This document shows positions 1 to 14,469 of a stretch of 18,394 nucleotides of DNA, piece by piece. Origin of the DNA: Eledone cirrhosa. Its lineage: Eukaryota. The notes beneath the pieces were generated by a model. The model worked only from the letters and a program-made list of their open reading frames with translations. It did not search any database and was not told the origin of the DNA. Position numbers and translations under genes: made by a program. Each line of letters begins with the position of its first letter. The first letter of the stretch is position 1. Location of the stretch: positions 1 to 18,394 of the forward strand of contig CAXHJY010001617.1 of assembly GCA_964016885.1 (NCBI GenBank), in the 5' to 3' direction.

Positions 1-219
1 GTAGAATTCCCAAAACTAATCAGATCAGAGCAAACAGCACGGACACTCTATCTCAAAATTATTTTTGAAAAGCATTTAGAAATGCACAACCGGTAAAAAC
101 TTAAAAACTTAAAACCACAACCGAATACTAACCCATACAATCACTAATACTCTTTTATTCCTAATTAAACCATTTTTCAACTGTGAACAATTTGTCAGCA
201 TTTTCTATTCCGTTTACCA

Positions 220-233
220 ATATATATATATAT

Positions 234-273
<40 letters not shown>

Positions 274-313
274 ATATATATATATATATATACATGTATA
301 TATATATATATAT

Positions 314-353
<40 letters not shown>

Positions 354-369
354 ATATATATATATATAT

Positions 370-463
<94 letters not shown>

Positions 464-475
464 ATATATATATAT

Positions 476-513
<38 letters not shown>

Positions 514-525
514 ATATATATATAT

Positions 526-563
<38 letters not shown>

Positions 564-631
564 ATATATATATATATATATACACGTGTATATATATATA
601 TATATATACACGTATATATATATATATATAT
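220..631. repeat. Compound minisatellite of (TA)n-CATG units, with CACG variants at the 3' end
   Basis: TACATGTA cores recur about every 20-30 bp in TA tracts; CACGTG near 584 and CACGTA near 609. Confidence 0.95.
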
Positions 632-970
632 GGAGGCACATGGCTTAGTGGTTAGAGCATTGGCCTTGCAATCGAAAGGTTGTGAATTCAATTCTCAGAC
701 CGGGTGATGTGTTGTTTCCTTGAGCAAGACACTTTATTTCACATTGCTCCAGTTTACTCAGCTGTAGAAATGAGATGATAGGAACTGAGGTCCATATCAT
801 TCCACTGCAAAGTGGTCGTGGAGGTGCCACGGCAAAAAAGCACCCAGCACTCACTGTAAATGAGGTTGGTGTTAGGAAGGGCATCCAACTGTAGAAATCA
901 AGCCAGAATCAGTTCCCGTCCCACCCTTGCAAGCAGGGAAAAGCGAACGTAAAATGAAATGATGATGATG
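632..970 (+). mobile_element. tRNA-derived SINE: tRNA-like head, CORE-like domain, family-1 3' domain, (GAT)n tail
   Basis: A box TGGCTTAGTGG at 641-651; degenerate B box GTGAATTCAATTC near 682-694. CCTTGAGCAAGACACTT...CAGTTTACTCAGCTGTAGAAATG resembles the CORE (MIR-type) consensus. The 3' part matches 4623-4806 and 12231-12512 and ends in GATGATGATG. Flanked by TA tracts. Confidence 0.85.
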
Positions 971-1009
<39 letters not shown>

Positions 1010-1010
1010 G

Positions 1011-1102
<92 letters not shown>

Positions 1103-1117
1103 GTGTGTGTATATGTA
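971..1117. repeat. (TA)n tract with CACG interruptions, continuing the 220-631 array
   Basis: TACACGTA units near 1007 and 1045, as at 609 on the other side of the SINE. Confidence 0.9.
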
Positions 1118-1369
1118 TACAATTTCTATGCAGGAATTTGAAACAAAGAATTTTTTTAGCTAGTCTGTAATTTAAGAAAATTTAGAAACTAAGAATGGCA
1201 TCTGAGTGTTGTCATTGGGAATTACTGAAGAACCAGTCTACTTGTAGAGTGAATGAATTAAAGCTGTTGGTTTTGAGTCTCAAACACTGTTTATGCTAAT
1301 GTAATGTAGGATACAAATCTTTGGTTCCAAGCCAAATTCTGTCAATTAAGCTAGTCTCACTCTCATTTA

Positions 1370-1433
1370 TACACACACACACACACACACACTCACATAG
1401 GCACACACTCACATAGACACACACTCACACACA
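1370..1433. repeat. Imperfect (CA)n microsatellite
   Basis: Seen directly. Confidence 0.9.
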
Positions 1434-1560
1434 CTTCAGTGTATGTACTATTGAGCTAAACTTTTATGTTAGATGTGATATCTATACAAGTGAAAATGAA
1501 TAATGAACATAAAACCATTCAAAACCTTGCCAATTTGTGTTGTTGTGGTGGTCTTAGATA

Positions 1561-1700
1561 AACAACAGCAACAGAGCAGCAGCAGCAGCAACTGTAGTAT
1601 TAGTAGTAGTAGGTAGTAGCAGCAACAGTAATTGTAGTAGTGGTGGTGGTGGTGGTGGTGGTGGTAGTAGTAGTAATAGTAGTGGTGGTGGTGGTAGTAG
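1561..1700. repeat. Compound trinucleotide repeat (AAC/CAG/GTA/GTG)
   Basis: Runs of agc, gta and gtg triplets. Confidence 0.9.
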
Positions 1701-2112
1701 CATTAGTTTGTCTCTGTTGATTTTTAAAAAACCCAGAATTAGTCATTTAGTTTACATATTGAAATTCCAACCCATCCTATTTATTTTATAACATAATGGT
1801 ATTTCTAGTAACATACTTTTTTTGTCATGTATAATGTTTTTTAATGTCTAAAGAAAATTAATTACTGCTGGATTGCTACCAATTAAAATAAAATTTCGCC
1901 TGAGATAAATTAGCAAAATTTAATAAGCATAAGGGAAGGGTTAGAAAAAATTTGAAAAATTAATAAGGGATGGGGGGGGGGGGGATTATTTGAGACCCAA
2001 GAGTAAGTAAATAACTAAGTAAATTCCTGAGATCTATTGGATTATTATGCTAACCAGTGAAGATTTCATCTTCCCAGCTTTGATTTAATGATTTTTTAAT
2101 AGGAATCCTTGA

Positions 2113-2300
2113 TTTTATGATACAAAACCATCTGTTTTAAAGTGATTATATTCAAATTTAACCCTCCTATTATAATTTTATCTCCAAACCTTTTTGTTAA
2201 TTTATATTCCAAATACCAGGTTAATAATGGAGAACTTATTTTACTAAATCTCTATAAATTCTTGATTATTAAAAAAAGCAATTCATTGAAGCATAAAAAA
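2113..2300 (-). mobile_element. Degenerate fragment of an AT-rich MITE-like repeat, inverted relative to 2631-2908
   Basis: TATGATACAAAACCATCTGTTTTAAAGTG (2116-2144) matches the reverse complement of 2838-2866; AAATTCTTGATTATT matches the reverse complement of AATAATCAAGAATTT near 2695-2710. Confidence 0.65.
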
Positions 2301-2309
2301 ATATGCATT

Positions 2310-2487
2310 GGCAGAGAATTGGCAAAGATATTGGGGCATTAAATAAAACACTTTATGAATTTGTTGTAGCTCTCTGCTCACAGTGATCAAATCCTGCCAA
2401 GGTCAACTTATCTTTTCATTGTTCCAGGTCTGATACATAAAATACCAGTCAAGTACTGGGATCAATTCCTCTCTCTCCGAATTGGCA
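2310..2487 (+). mobile_element. Old degenerate SINE, family 2
   Basis: TCAAATCCTGCCAAGGTCAACTT...TTTCAT...ATAAAATACCAGT...TACTGGG aligns to 9059-9249. Confidence 0.65.
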
Positions 2488-2593
2488 TTCAAATTCCGCA
2501 GAGGTTAACTTTGCCTTTCATCCTTATGAGGTTGATAAAATAAAGTAGCAGTAATATACTGGCCTTGTGCCAAAAGTAGAAACAATTATTATT
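2488..2593 (+). mobile_element. 5'-truncated SINE, family 2, in tandem with the previous copy
   Basis: TTCAAATTCCGCAGAGGTTAACTTTGCCTTTCATCCTTATGAGGTTGATAAAATAAAGTA...CTGGCCTTGTGCCAAAAGTAGAAACAATTATT matches 9136-9249. Confidence 0.8.
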
Positions 2594-2630
2594 TCCATAA
2601 AAACATCTGTGAGAGACAACTCACAGCATA

Positions 2631-2908
2631 CCCCTTTCTCCATTAGTATATTTCTAATGAAAGACACATCCTATGATATTCAAATAATTTTGAAAATAAT
2701 CAAGAATTTGGAAGATTTTACTAATTAATATAACTAACTTTCTCATCTTTTTTGTGCGTTTTTTTTAAAGTTTGAAACATAACTTCAGAAAGATTTTTAT
2801 ATGAAACTATGATGGAAAGTTTTAAAATAAATATAAGCACTTTAAAACAAACAGTTTTGTATCATAGAACCAAGTGGAGTTCAGGCAAACTGGTATGAAA
2901 AGGGTTAA
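2631..2908 (+). mobile_element. Degenerate piggyBac-like MITE
   Basis: Right end AAAAGGG-TTAA (2898-2908) and left end CCCCTTT (2631) fit CCC...GGG termini with a TTAA target; the left TTAA is not intact. An inverted partial copy lies at 2113-2300. Confidence 0.5.
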
Positions 2909-3525
2909 GAAGAGATGATACAATACAACATTGCAATTATATTGCACTGACTGGTGTGGCAAGAGACAGGCTGTCATCTTTTAGAGGCAGTTAAACCAGG
3001 CCTGTTTTTGTACCTTAATGAACTCAGTACAATGCAGCTATAACTCATCTCCTAAGCACATAACAATGGAAGTAAGCAGAGCCATTAATAGGGTGGGGGA
3101 GAGGAATAATAAAGAAAGAAGCGAGCAAACTAACTAACAGACAGGCAGAAAATCAGAACGGAACTGGTTTGATTACACTCGTTTACTTGCTCATAAGGTC
3201 AGGCAGAGTGCCTTATGGAACAAAAACTCCCCCCAAAAGATTTTTCCAAGGATTCAATAACATTTAATGTTGTTATCAAATGATATTAAAATAACAAAAA
3301 GCAAAAGATAAACAAACAAACAAAACAAGACTCCTTTCTGACATTTTGTTTTTGTTGATGTTTTCAAAAATTTCTTATTTTTGTAATTTTCTTTCAATAT
3401 GATCTCCTACATTTTCCTTCTTTGCTGTTTTGTCTTGCATATGTGATTCTTTCTTTAAATCAGGTTATTGTATCTATTCTCCCTATTAGTTTCTATATCT
3501 CTCTCCTCCACTTACTCACTCTCTC

Positions 3526-3528
<3 letters not shown>

Positions 3529-3597
<69 letters not shown>
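3529..3597. repeat. (CT)n microsatellite
   Basis: Seen directly. Confidence 0.95.
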
Positions 3598-3600
<3 letters not shown>

Positions 3601-3671
3601 TTAGTCTCCCTTTTCTCTCATATAACAACTCCTTATTATGAGCTAATGAGTGAGCCTCTACATAGTTACTC

Positions 3672-4000
3672 ATCCTGCTGCTGGAAAAAACAGTCAAAAT
3701 CCTCCTCAAATCCCACCCTAATGTTTTTATTTTTTTCAAATGACATTGGATGATATAGTACTGCGTATACTTTATCTAAAAAAACTTTCCACAGAATTGT
3801 CACGGCTAAATGTGTTTGCTCATGTCTTTTGGATCAAGGCTGGCCTGGAACTAAACAACAAAACTACAACAGAAAGGGTAGATATGGGATCATGTGATCT
3901 GAAATAAACTGTCTGAAAAGACAGACTGTTCATAGCTGGAAGGCCTTTGATCATAAGTCTGCTGAATTAGAGCTGACCTAGGGCTAAACAACAACAATAA
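3672..4000 (+). mobile_element. Probable retroposon 3' remnants with two similar (AAC)n-tailed ends
   Basis: GGCTGGCCTGGAACTAAACAACAAAAC near 3838-3865 and GAGCTGACCTAGGGCTAAACAACAACAA near 3970-3998, each preceded by similar sequence. Confidence 0.4.
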
Positions 4001-4622
4001 TTGCAACCATCGAAAGCAGATATCTGACTGTTTGAGATGAGAATTGTTAAATGAATTATGTTTTTTTCCCTGCTATTCTTTTTCTTAACAAAACGAGGGA
4101 TGAAGCACCCTACCCCCACAAAAAAAGAAAATTAATATCATCATAATTTTTCTCATCCCTCATCACCATTATCCCCTTCCTTATCATCATTTTTATTCTC
4201 AATATCATCATCATCATAATCTATTCTCTCTATATTTGTCTATGTGTTCCATATATGTGTGTGTGTCACACACTCTATTCAGTTTTGGCTGAGTAGTTGG
4301 ACACTATGTGGACAGTGGTAGTAATGGTTGTCAGCTATGGATGGGATAAAATTGTTGGCAGTAGTGGGAGGTTGGTGGTGGAAGTGGATTAATTATTTTA
4401 GTAAGGATCTAAGAAATGGAAATGGAAGGATAAATTTACAGTCGGAAATGAACAACCAACACTCCCTCAAAATGTCCCCAATATCAACATACTCCCTCAC
4501 CAACATCACACACATCTTCAATTTCCCTTCATTAATTCAGCAGGAAAGGTAAAAATAATTGAGACATGTTGTTTAGATATATTGTATAGATGAAAGAAAT
4601 AAACACAACTATCAGTGAGTGA

Positions 4623-4806
4623 TATCATCATTGTTTAACGTCCATTTTCTACAATAGCATGGGTTTGCGGGTTGTCCTGTTTGAGGCAAGTTGGGTCAGG
4701 TGACTTTGTCTTGCTCATACAGAACTGTTTCTGGCTTGATTTCTACAGCTGGATGCCCTTCCTAACACCAACCACATTTACAGTGTGTGCTGGGTGCTTT
4801 TTGTTG
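4623..4806 (-). mobile_element. 3' half of SINE family 1
   Basis: CTGGCTTGATTTCTACAGCTGGATGCCCTTCCTAACACCAACC...TGCTGGGTGCTTTTT is nearly identical to 12362-12433 and to the reverse complement of about 835-906; ATCATCA tail remnant. Confidence 0.85.
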
Positions 4807-4809
4807 CGA

Positions 4810-5437
4810 CTCCTATATGACCACTTTATATCACCTCTCACAACCTCTTCCCGGGTCTTCCTGGCACTTCTTTACCTAACGATCATTGTCCATGCACATC
4901 ACATGTCCAAACCAACACAGTCTTTTTCTCTTGCATAATACCTCAAATTCCTCTTAAACCCAGCTTTTCCTTCAACTCTTCCAAGCTCTGCTTCTCTCTC
5001 ACACTAACATTGTACATCCAATGGAACATGGTTGCTTCATTTCTCTCCTCTATGTGTCACAGCCCATGTTTCACTACCATGTAGCATCTCACTTCACACA
5101 CAGATGTCATATAGTCGTCCCTTTGTACATAGGGAGAAACCTTTTGTAGTCAACAGTGGGAGTAGCTCTCTAAACCTTTTCCATCCTATCCTTATTCTGG
5201 CTATCATGCTCTCAGAGTTTCCTCCTCCATTGCTAATTATGTAGCCTAATTAGCAGAAGCTATCAACCACTTCTATGGATGCTTGCTGTGATTAGAATAA
5301 GCTTACATCATTAGTTATCTTTCCCTCAATTAACCCTGTGCATCTTCTACAAACAAAGTGTTCCCTTCCTGCTAGTCTACCCTAGTTATCTCACTACATC
5401 TCTTGTGTACCCAAGGTTTACATTGTGTACATCCTAT
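4810..5437 (-). pseudogene. Decayed RTE-clade LINE reverse transcriptase C-terminal fragment with a Cys/His-rich insert
   Basis: Manual minus-strand translation across one frameshift: IGCTQCKPWVHKRCSEIT / GRLAGREHFVCRRCTGLIEG...IEVVDSFC*LGYIISNGGGNSESMIARIRIGWKRFRELLPLLTTKGFSLCTKGRLYDICV*SEMLHGSETWAVT. The F.YLG and ML.GSETW motifs are typical of RTE. Contains stops and frameshifts. Confidence 0.85.
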
Positions 5438-5680
5438 GTATGGATATATATATATACAGAGACAGGAGAGAACAGACGGGCAGATAGAGAAAGGAAAGTG
5501 GTGAGAGATTGGAAATAAAACGATGAAGAGAATAAAGAAAGAATTGAAGACAAAAGAGATAAAGGAGAAGAGAAAGAAAGATAAAGAATAGGGAAGGGAA
5601 TAAGAAAGAGATGAAGAAAGATGTTGTTGGATGCAGAATGGATGAAGGAAACAGAAGATGGTTGACACACACAGATATAT

Positions 5681-5882
5681 ATTGATTTCTAGTATAGGCA
5701 CAAGGCCAGTAATTTGAGGGAAGGGCAAGTCAATTAAATCGACTCCAGTGTATTACTGGTACTTTATTTTATCGACCCCGTAAGGATGAAAGGCAAAGTT
5801 AACCTTGGCGGGATTTGAACTCAGACCGTAAAGGGCCGTAACTCTGTGCTGCAAAGCATGGTGTCTGACGCTCTACCGATTG
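5681..5882 (-). mobile_element. SINE family 2, truncated within the A box
   Basis: Reverse complement ATCGGTAGAGCGTCAGACACCATGCTTT...CTGAGTTCAAATCCCGCCAAGGTTAACTTTGCCTTTCATCCTTACGGGGTCGATAAAATAAAGTACCAG matches 9059-9249. Confidence 0.9.
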
Positions 5883-5985
5883 GATAGATAGGCAGGTAGA
5901 ATGAATGACAGCTGTAGATGGAGATGGCATGATTGGCATCAAAATAAGACACAAAATGATAGATAAAATATAGAGAGACAGGTTG

Positions 5986-5986
<1 letters not shown>

Positions 5987-6074
<88 letters not shown>
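5987..6074. repeat. (CA)n microsatellite
   Basis: Pure CA run. Confidence 0.95.
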
Positions 6075-6076
<2 letters not shown>

Positions 6077-6280
6077 TAGAGAAGTGAATGACAAAAGAAG
6101 GAGAGAAATTAAGGGAGGCAGGTAGGGAAAGAAATTGAAAAATATATGAAGAAAAATAGGAATAGAGACATGAAAGAGGGAGAGAGTGAAAGAGTTTTAA
6201 TGGAAAGAAAGATAAGCATGAAAAGAGATTAGAAAGATGTTAAAGGAAGGTGATAGATAGATAGACAAATATATATATAT

Positions 6281-6488
6281 ATTTATGAAAATAACAGATT
6301 AGAGTTTAAGCAAAGAATCGCTGCTTTCACCCTTAACGGGATCTTCTGAAACTAAAAAGATCAATCTCTGAACGCAGAAGTAAATATTTCGAAAAACGTT
6401 GCAACCGAAGGAAGACAGAAAGACGATACTTTGGTTCGTGGAAACGTTCCCTGGCAAAGAACGGAAAAAAACCGAAGATAATACGTCA
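6281..6488 (-). mobile_element. HHR-bearing short element, family C copy 1 (putative PLE pLTR-derived)
   Basis: 6281-6463 is colinear with 15273-15455 (15 mismatches in 183 bp, no indels); TA tracts on both sides; contains an HHR fold. Confidence 0.7.
6303..6353 (-). ncRNA. Type I hammerhead-like motif (U4A core variant)
   Basis: Minus strand: stem I AGTTT, core CAGAAGA, T-CCC-GTTAA-GGG-T, GAA, stem III AGCAG/TTGCT, T17, stem I' AAACT. Confidence 0.6.
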
Positions 6489-6501
6489 TATATATATATA
6501 T

Positions 6502-6559
<58 letters not shown>

Positions 6560-6590
6560 GGGGGGGGGGGGGGAGATAGATAGATAGAGA
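6489..6590. repeat. Compound (TA)n(GA)n, G-run and (GATA)n microsatellite
   Basis: Seen directly. Confidence 0.9.
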
Positions 6591-6718
6591 GGGGAGGGAC
6601 AGTGTGAATGTGTGTGTGTGGTAAGAGAGAAACTGAGTATACATGCGTGTATGCATGACATGCAAGGGTGTGTTTATATATGAAATAGTGAGGAAATGTG
6701 AGTGTGAGAGAGAGATGG

Positions 6719-6768
<50 letters not shown>
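6719..6768. repeat. (AAAG)n microsatellite
   Basis: Seen directly. Confidence 0.95.
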
Positions 6769-6775
<7 letters not shown>

Positions 6776-7199
6776 TGGCAAAGGAGAAAATAATGAAGGA
6801 GAGAGAAAAATATGATAAAATAAATATGTTTGGTTGGTGAGGGGGGTATATTATTGTTGGGGGATAATTTAGAAAAGATGATGAGGAACAGGAACAATAG
6901 GTGAGGGGGACATAGAAGAGAACAAAGAAGGACAACAAAAAGAAACAAGAAATGTGGAAAGAAGAGGAAGTGAGGAGGAGGAGGAGGAGGAAAAAAGATG
7001 CAGAAAAATAGGAGGAGGCAATTTAATGGGATGAAATTTGAGTGATGTAAAGACTGTAAGAGGGGGAAATTGTCTTCGTGTGTGAGTGTCACTCATTTGA
7101 GTGGGATAGAGTCCTGCTCCATTAGTGGCTGAGTGGGGGCTGATATGAGGGAAGGTGAATGGTGGCAGATTGAAGTTGAGTAACAAAACTCTCTCTCTC

Positions 7200-9058
<1,859 letters not shown>

Positions 9059-9243
9059 GGGCGGTGGATTGGCAGTATCGGTAGAGGGTCGGACGCCATG
9101 CTTTCCAGCATAGTTATGTCCCTTTACGATCTGAGTTCAAATCCCGCCGAGGTTGACTTTGCTTTTCATCCTTACGGGGGTCGATAAAATAAAGTACCAG
9201 TAATGCACTGGGTAATTGCTGGCCTTGTGCCTAAAATAGAAAC

Positions 9244-9249
<6 letters not shown>
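9059..9249 (+). mobile_element. Near full-length tRNA-derived SINE, family 2, inserted in (TA)n
   Basis: A box TGGCAGTATCGG at 9070-9081; B box GAGTTCAAATCC at 9133-9144; three further copies in the window. Confidence 0.9.
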
Positions 9250-12230
<2,981 letters not shown>

Positions 12231-12635
12231 ATCATCATCATCATCATCATCATCATCACCGTTTTACGTCCGTTCTTCCACGCTAGCATGGGTTAGACGG
12301 GTTGTCCTGTTGTGGGCAGTGTCTGGTCGGCTGACCATGCCTTGCTCATACAGGAACTGATCTGGCTTGATTTCTACAGCTGGATGCCCTTCCTAACACC
12401 AACCTCATTTACAGTGAGTGCTGGGTGCTTTTTCGTGGCGCCTACACGTCCACTTTACAGTGTGGGCTGGGTGCTTTTTTGCCGTGGCACCTCCACGACC
12501 ACCTTGCGGTGGGGGGGGGGGGGCATATTGTTTATATGCTTCAGCATGTACCCATGGGAGGTCGGGTACCCTGTATTACTGCGTGACGCCAGAAGTCACG
12601 GTCGTGTGTCATTGACTTTGAGAGGTGTAGTTGGG
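12231..12635 (-). mobile_element. SINE family 1 element with a long (GAT)n tail, an internal duplication and a distinct hairpin-rich 5' region
   Basis: (ATC)n at 12231-12258; body matches the reverse complement of 802-970 and 4623-4806; tandem duplication 12408-12453 / 12454-12502; flanked by TA. Confidence 0.85.
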
Positions 12636-12644
12636 TATATATAT

Positions 12645-12676
<32 letters not shown>

Positions 12677-13045
12677 ATTTATATATATAATATATATATA
12701 TATAATATATATATATATATATAATTTATATATATAATATATATATATATGATATATATATATATTATATATAATATATATATATATATATTATATATAT
12801 AATATATATATATATATTATATATATAATATATATATATATATATAATTTATATATATAATATATATATATATTATATATATATATATTATATATATATA
12901 TATATATTATATATATAATATATATATATATAATATATATATATATATATAATTTATATATATATATATTATATATATATATATATATAATTTATATATA
13001 TAATATATATATATATTATATATATATATATATTATATATATAAT

Positions 13046-13079
<34 letters not shown>

Positions 13080-13350
13080 ATTTATATATAATTTATATAT
13101 ATATATATTATATATATATATATATATAATTTATATATAATTTATATATATATATTATATATATATATATATATATAATTTATATATAATTTATATATAT
13201 ATATATTATATATATAATATATATATAATTTATATATATATATATAATATATATATATATTATATATATAATATATATATATAATATATATATAATATAT
13301 ATATATATATAATTTATATATATAATATATATATATATTATATATAATAT

Positions 13351-13382
<32 letters not shown>

Positions 13383-13446
13383 ATTTATATATAATTTATA
13401 TATATATATAATATATACATATATATAATTTATATATATATAATTT

Positions 13447-13478
<32 letters not shown>

Positions 13479-13552
13479 ATTTATAAATATATATATATAT
13501 ATATATAATTTATAAATATATATATATATATATATAATTTATAAATATATAT

Positions 13553-13583
<31 letters not shown>

Positions 13584-13617
13584 ATTTATATATATATAAT
13601 ATATATATATATATATA

Positions 13618-13680
<63 letters not shown>

Positions 13681-13701
13681 ATATATATATAATATATATA
13701 T

Positions 13702-13752
<51 letters not shown>

Positions 13753-13762
13753 AAATATATAT

Positions 13763-13793
<31 letters not shown>

Positions 13794-13844
13794 ATTTATA
13801 AATATATATAATATATATATATATAATTTATATATATATATATA

Positions 13845-13913
<69 letters not shown>

Positions 13914-13920
13914 ATATATA
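12636..13920. repeat. Interrupted (TA)n array rich in TAATTTA units
   Basis: Seen directly. Confidence 0.95.
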
Positions 13921-14070
13921 TAAAATACGTAGTTAAGAAAGCCACAACAATGCAGAGGAAATCTCGAGGTAGGAAGTGAAAGATAGAAAGGAAAAACAGG
14001 TGAAAGTGAAATTGAGAGACAAAGATGAAAACAAAACAAAGGTAGAAGGGTTACCGTAGTAGAGATTTAA

Positions 14071-14106
14071 TCCCAATATTTCGGGCTCACGCCCATCAAC
14101 GGGGGA
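14071..14106 (-). ncRNA. Minimal degenerate hammerhead-like motif, element A left arm
   Basis: Exact reverse complement of 14182-14217. Confidence 0.45.
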
Positions 14107-14181
14107 AAGTTCCAAAAGGGGGGGGGTCTTAACGACATCACAACTTTCTCCGCTTGGCCTGTTCCCCCCCTTTTGGAACTT

Positions 14182-14217
14182 TCCCCCGTTGATGGGCGTG
14201 AGCCCGAAATATTGGGA
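14182..14217 (+). ncRNA. Minimal degenerate hammerhead-like motif, element A right arm
   Basis: Stem I TCCC, core CCGTTGA (canonical CTGANGA), T, stem II GGGC-GTGA-GCCC, GAA, palindromic ATAT, T17, stem I' GGGA. Confidence 0.45.
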
Positions 14218-14397
14218 TTAAATCTCTACTACGGTAACCCTTCTACCTTTGTTTTGTTTTCATCTTTGTCTCTCTCAATTTTCACTTTCACCTGTTTTTC
14301 CTATCTATCTATCACTTCCTACCTCGAGATTTCCCTCTGCATTGTTGTGGCTTTCTTAACTACGTATTTTACACATTTCACAATGCTTCAAGCAAAC

Positions 14398-14408
14398 TTT
14401 AACACCCT

Positions 14409-14462
<54 letters not shown>

Positions 14463-14469
14463 AGCGTGT

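Larger units (their letters stand above)
13921..14410. mobile_element. Palindromic element A: head-to-head inverted arms with an HHR-like motif and a 3' tail (putative PLE-derived)
   Basis: Arms 13921-14124 and 14164-14371 are reverse complements with 2 substitutions and 4 nt of indels; spacer about 39 nt; unique tail 14372-14410; TA on both sides. Confidence 0.8.

Noticed and set aside
220-631. CRISPR-like regular spacing
   Set aside because: The spacers are plain TA tracts, not unique sequences; eukaryotic context and no cas genes.
632-705. Possible tRNA gene
   Set aside because: Degenerate B box, no consistent acceptor or anticodon stem, and it runs into a SINE body.
1223-1260. CTGAAGA...GAAT hammerhead-like string
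   Set aside because: No GAAA and no supportable stems I or III.
2607-2626. Small hairpin CTGTGAG/CTCACAG, and CATAAGG/CCTTATG near 3192-3217
   Set aside because: Isolated 7-bp stems are expected by chance and have no supporting context.
5372-7186. Minus-strand ORFs rich in S/L/F/C/V
   Set aside because: They derive from purine-rich low-complexity DNA and microsatellites; only the final IGCTQCKPWVHKRCS residues are real and belong to the RTE remnant.
12513-12600. HDV-like ribozyme in the hairpin-rich region
   Set aside because: An ACC-TCCCATG-GGT P3/L3-like piece exists on the minus strand, but matching P1, P2 and J4/2 could not be found.
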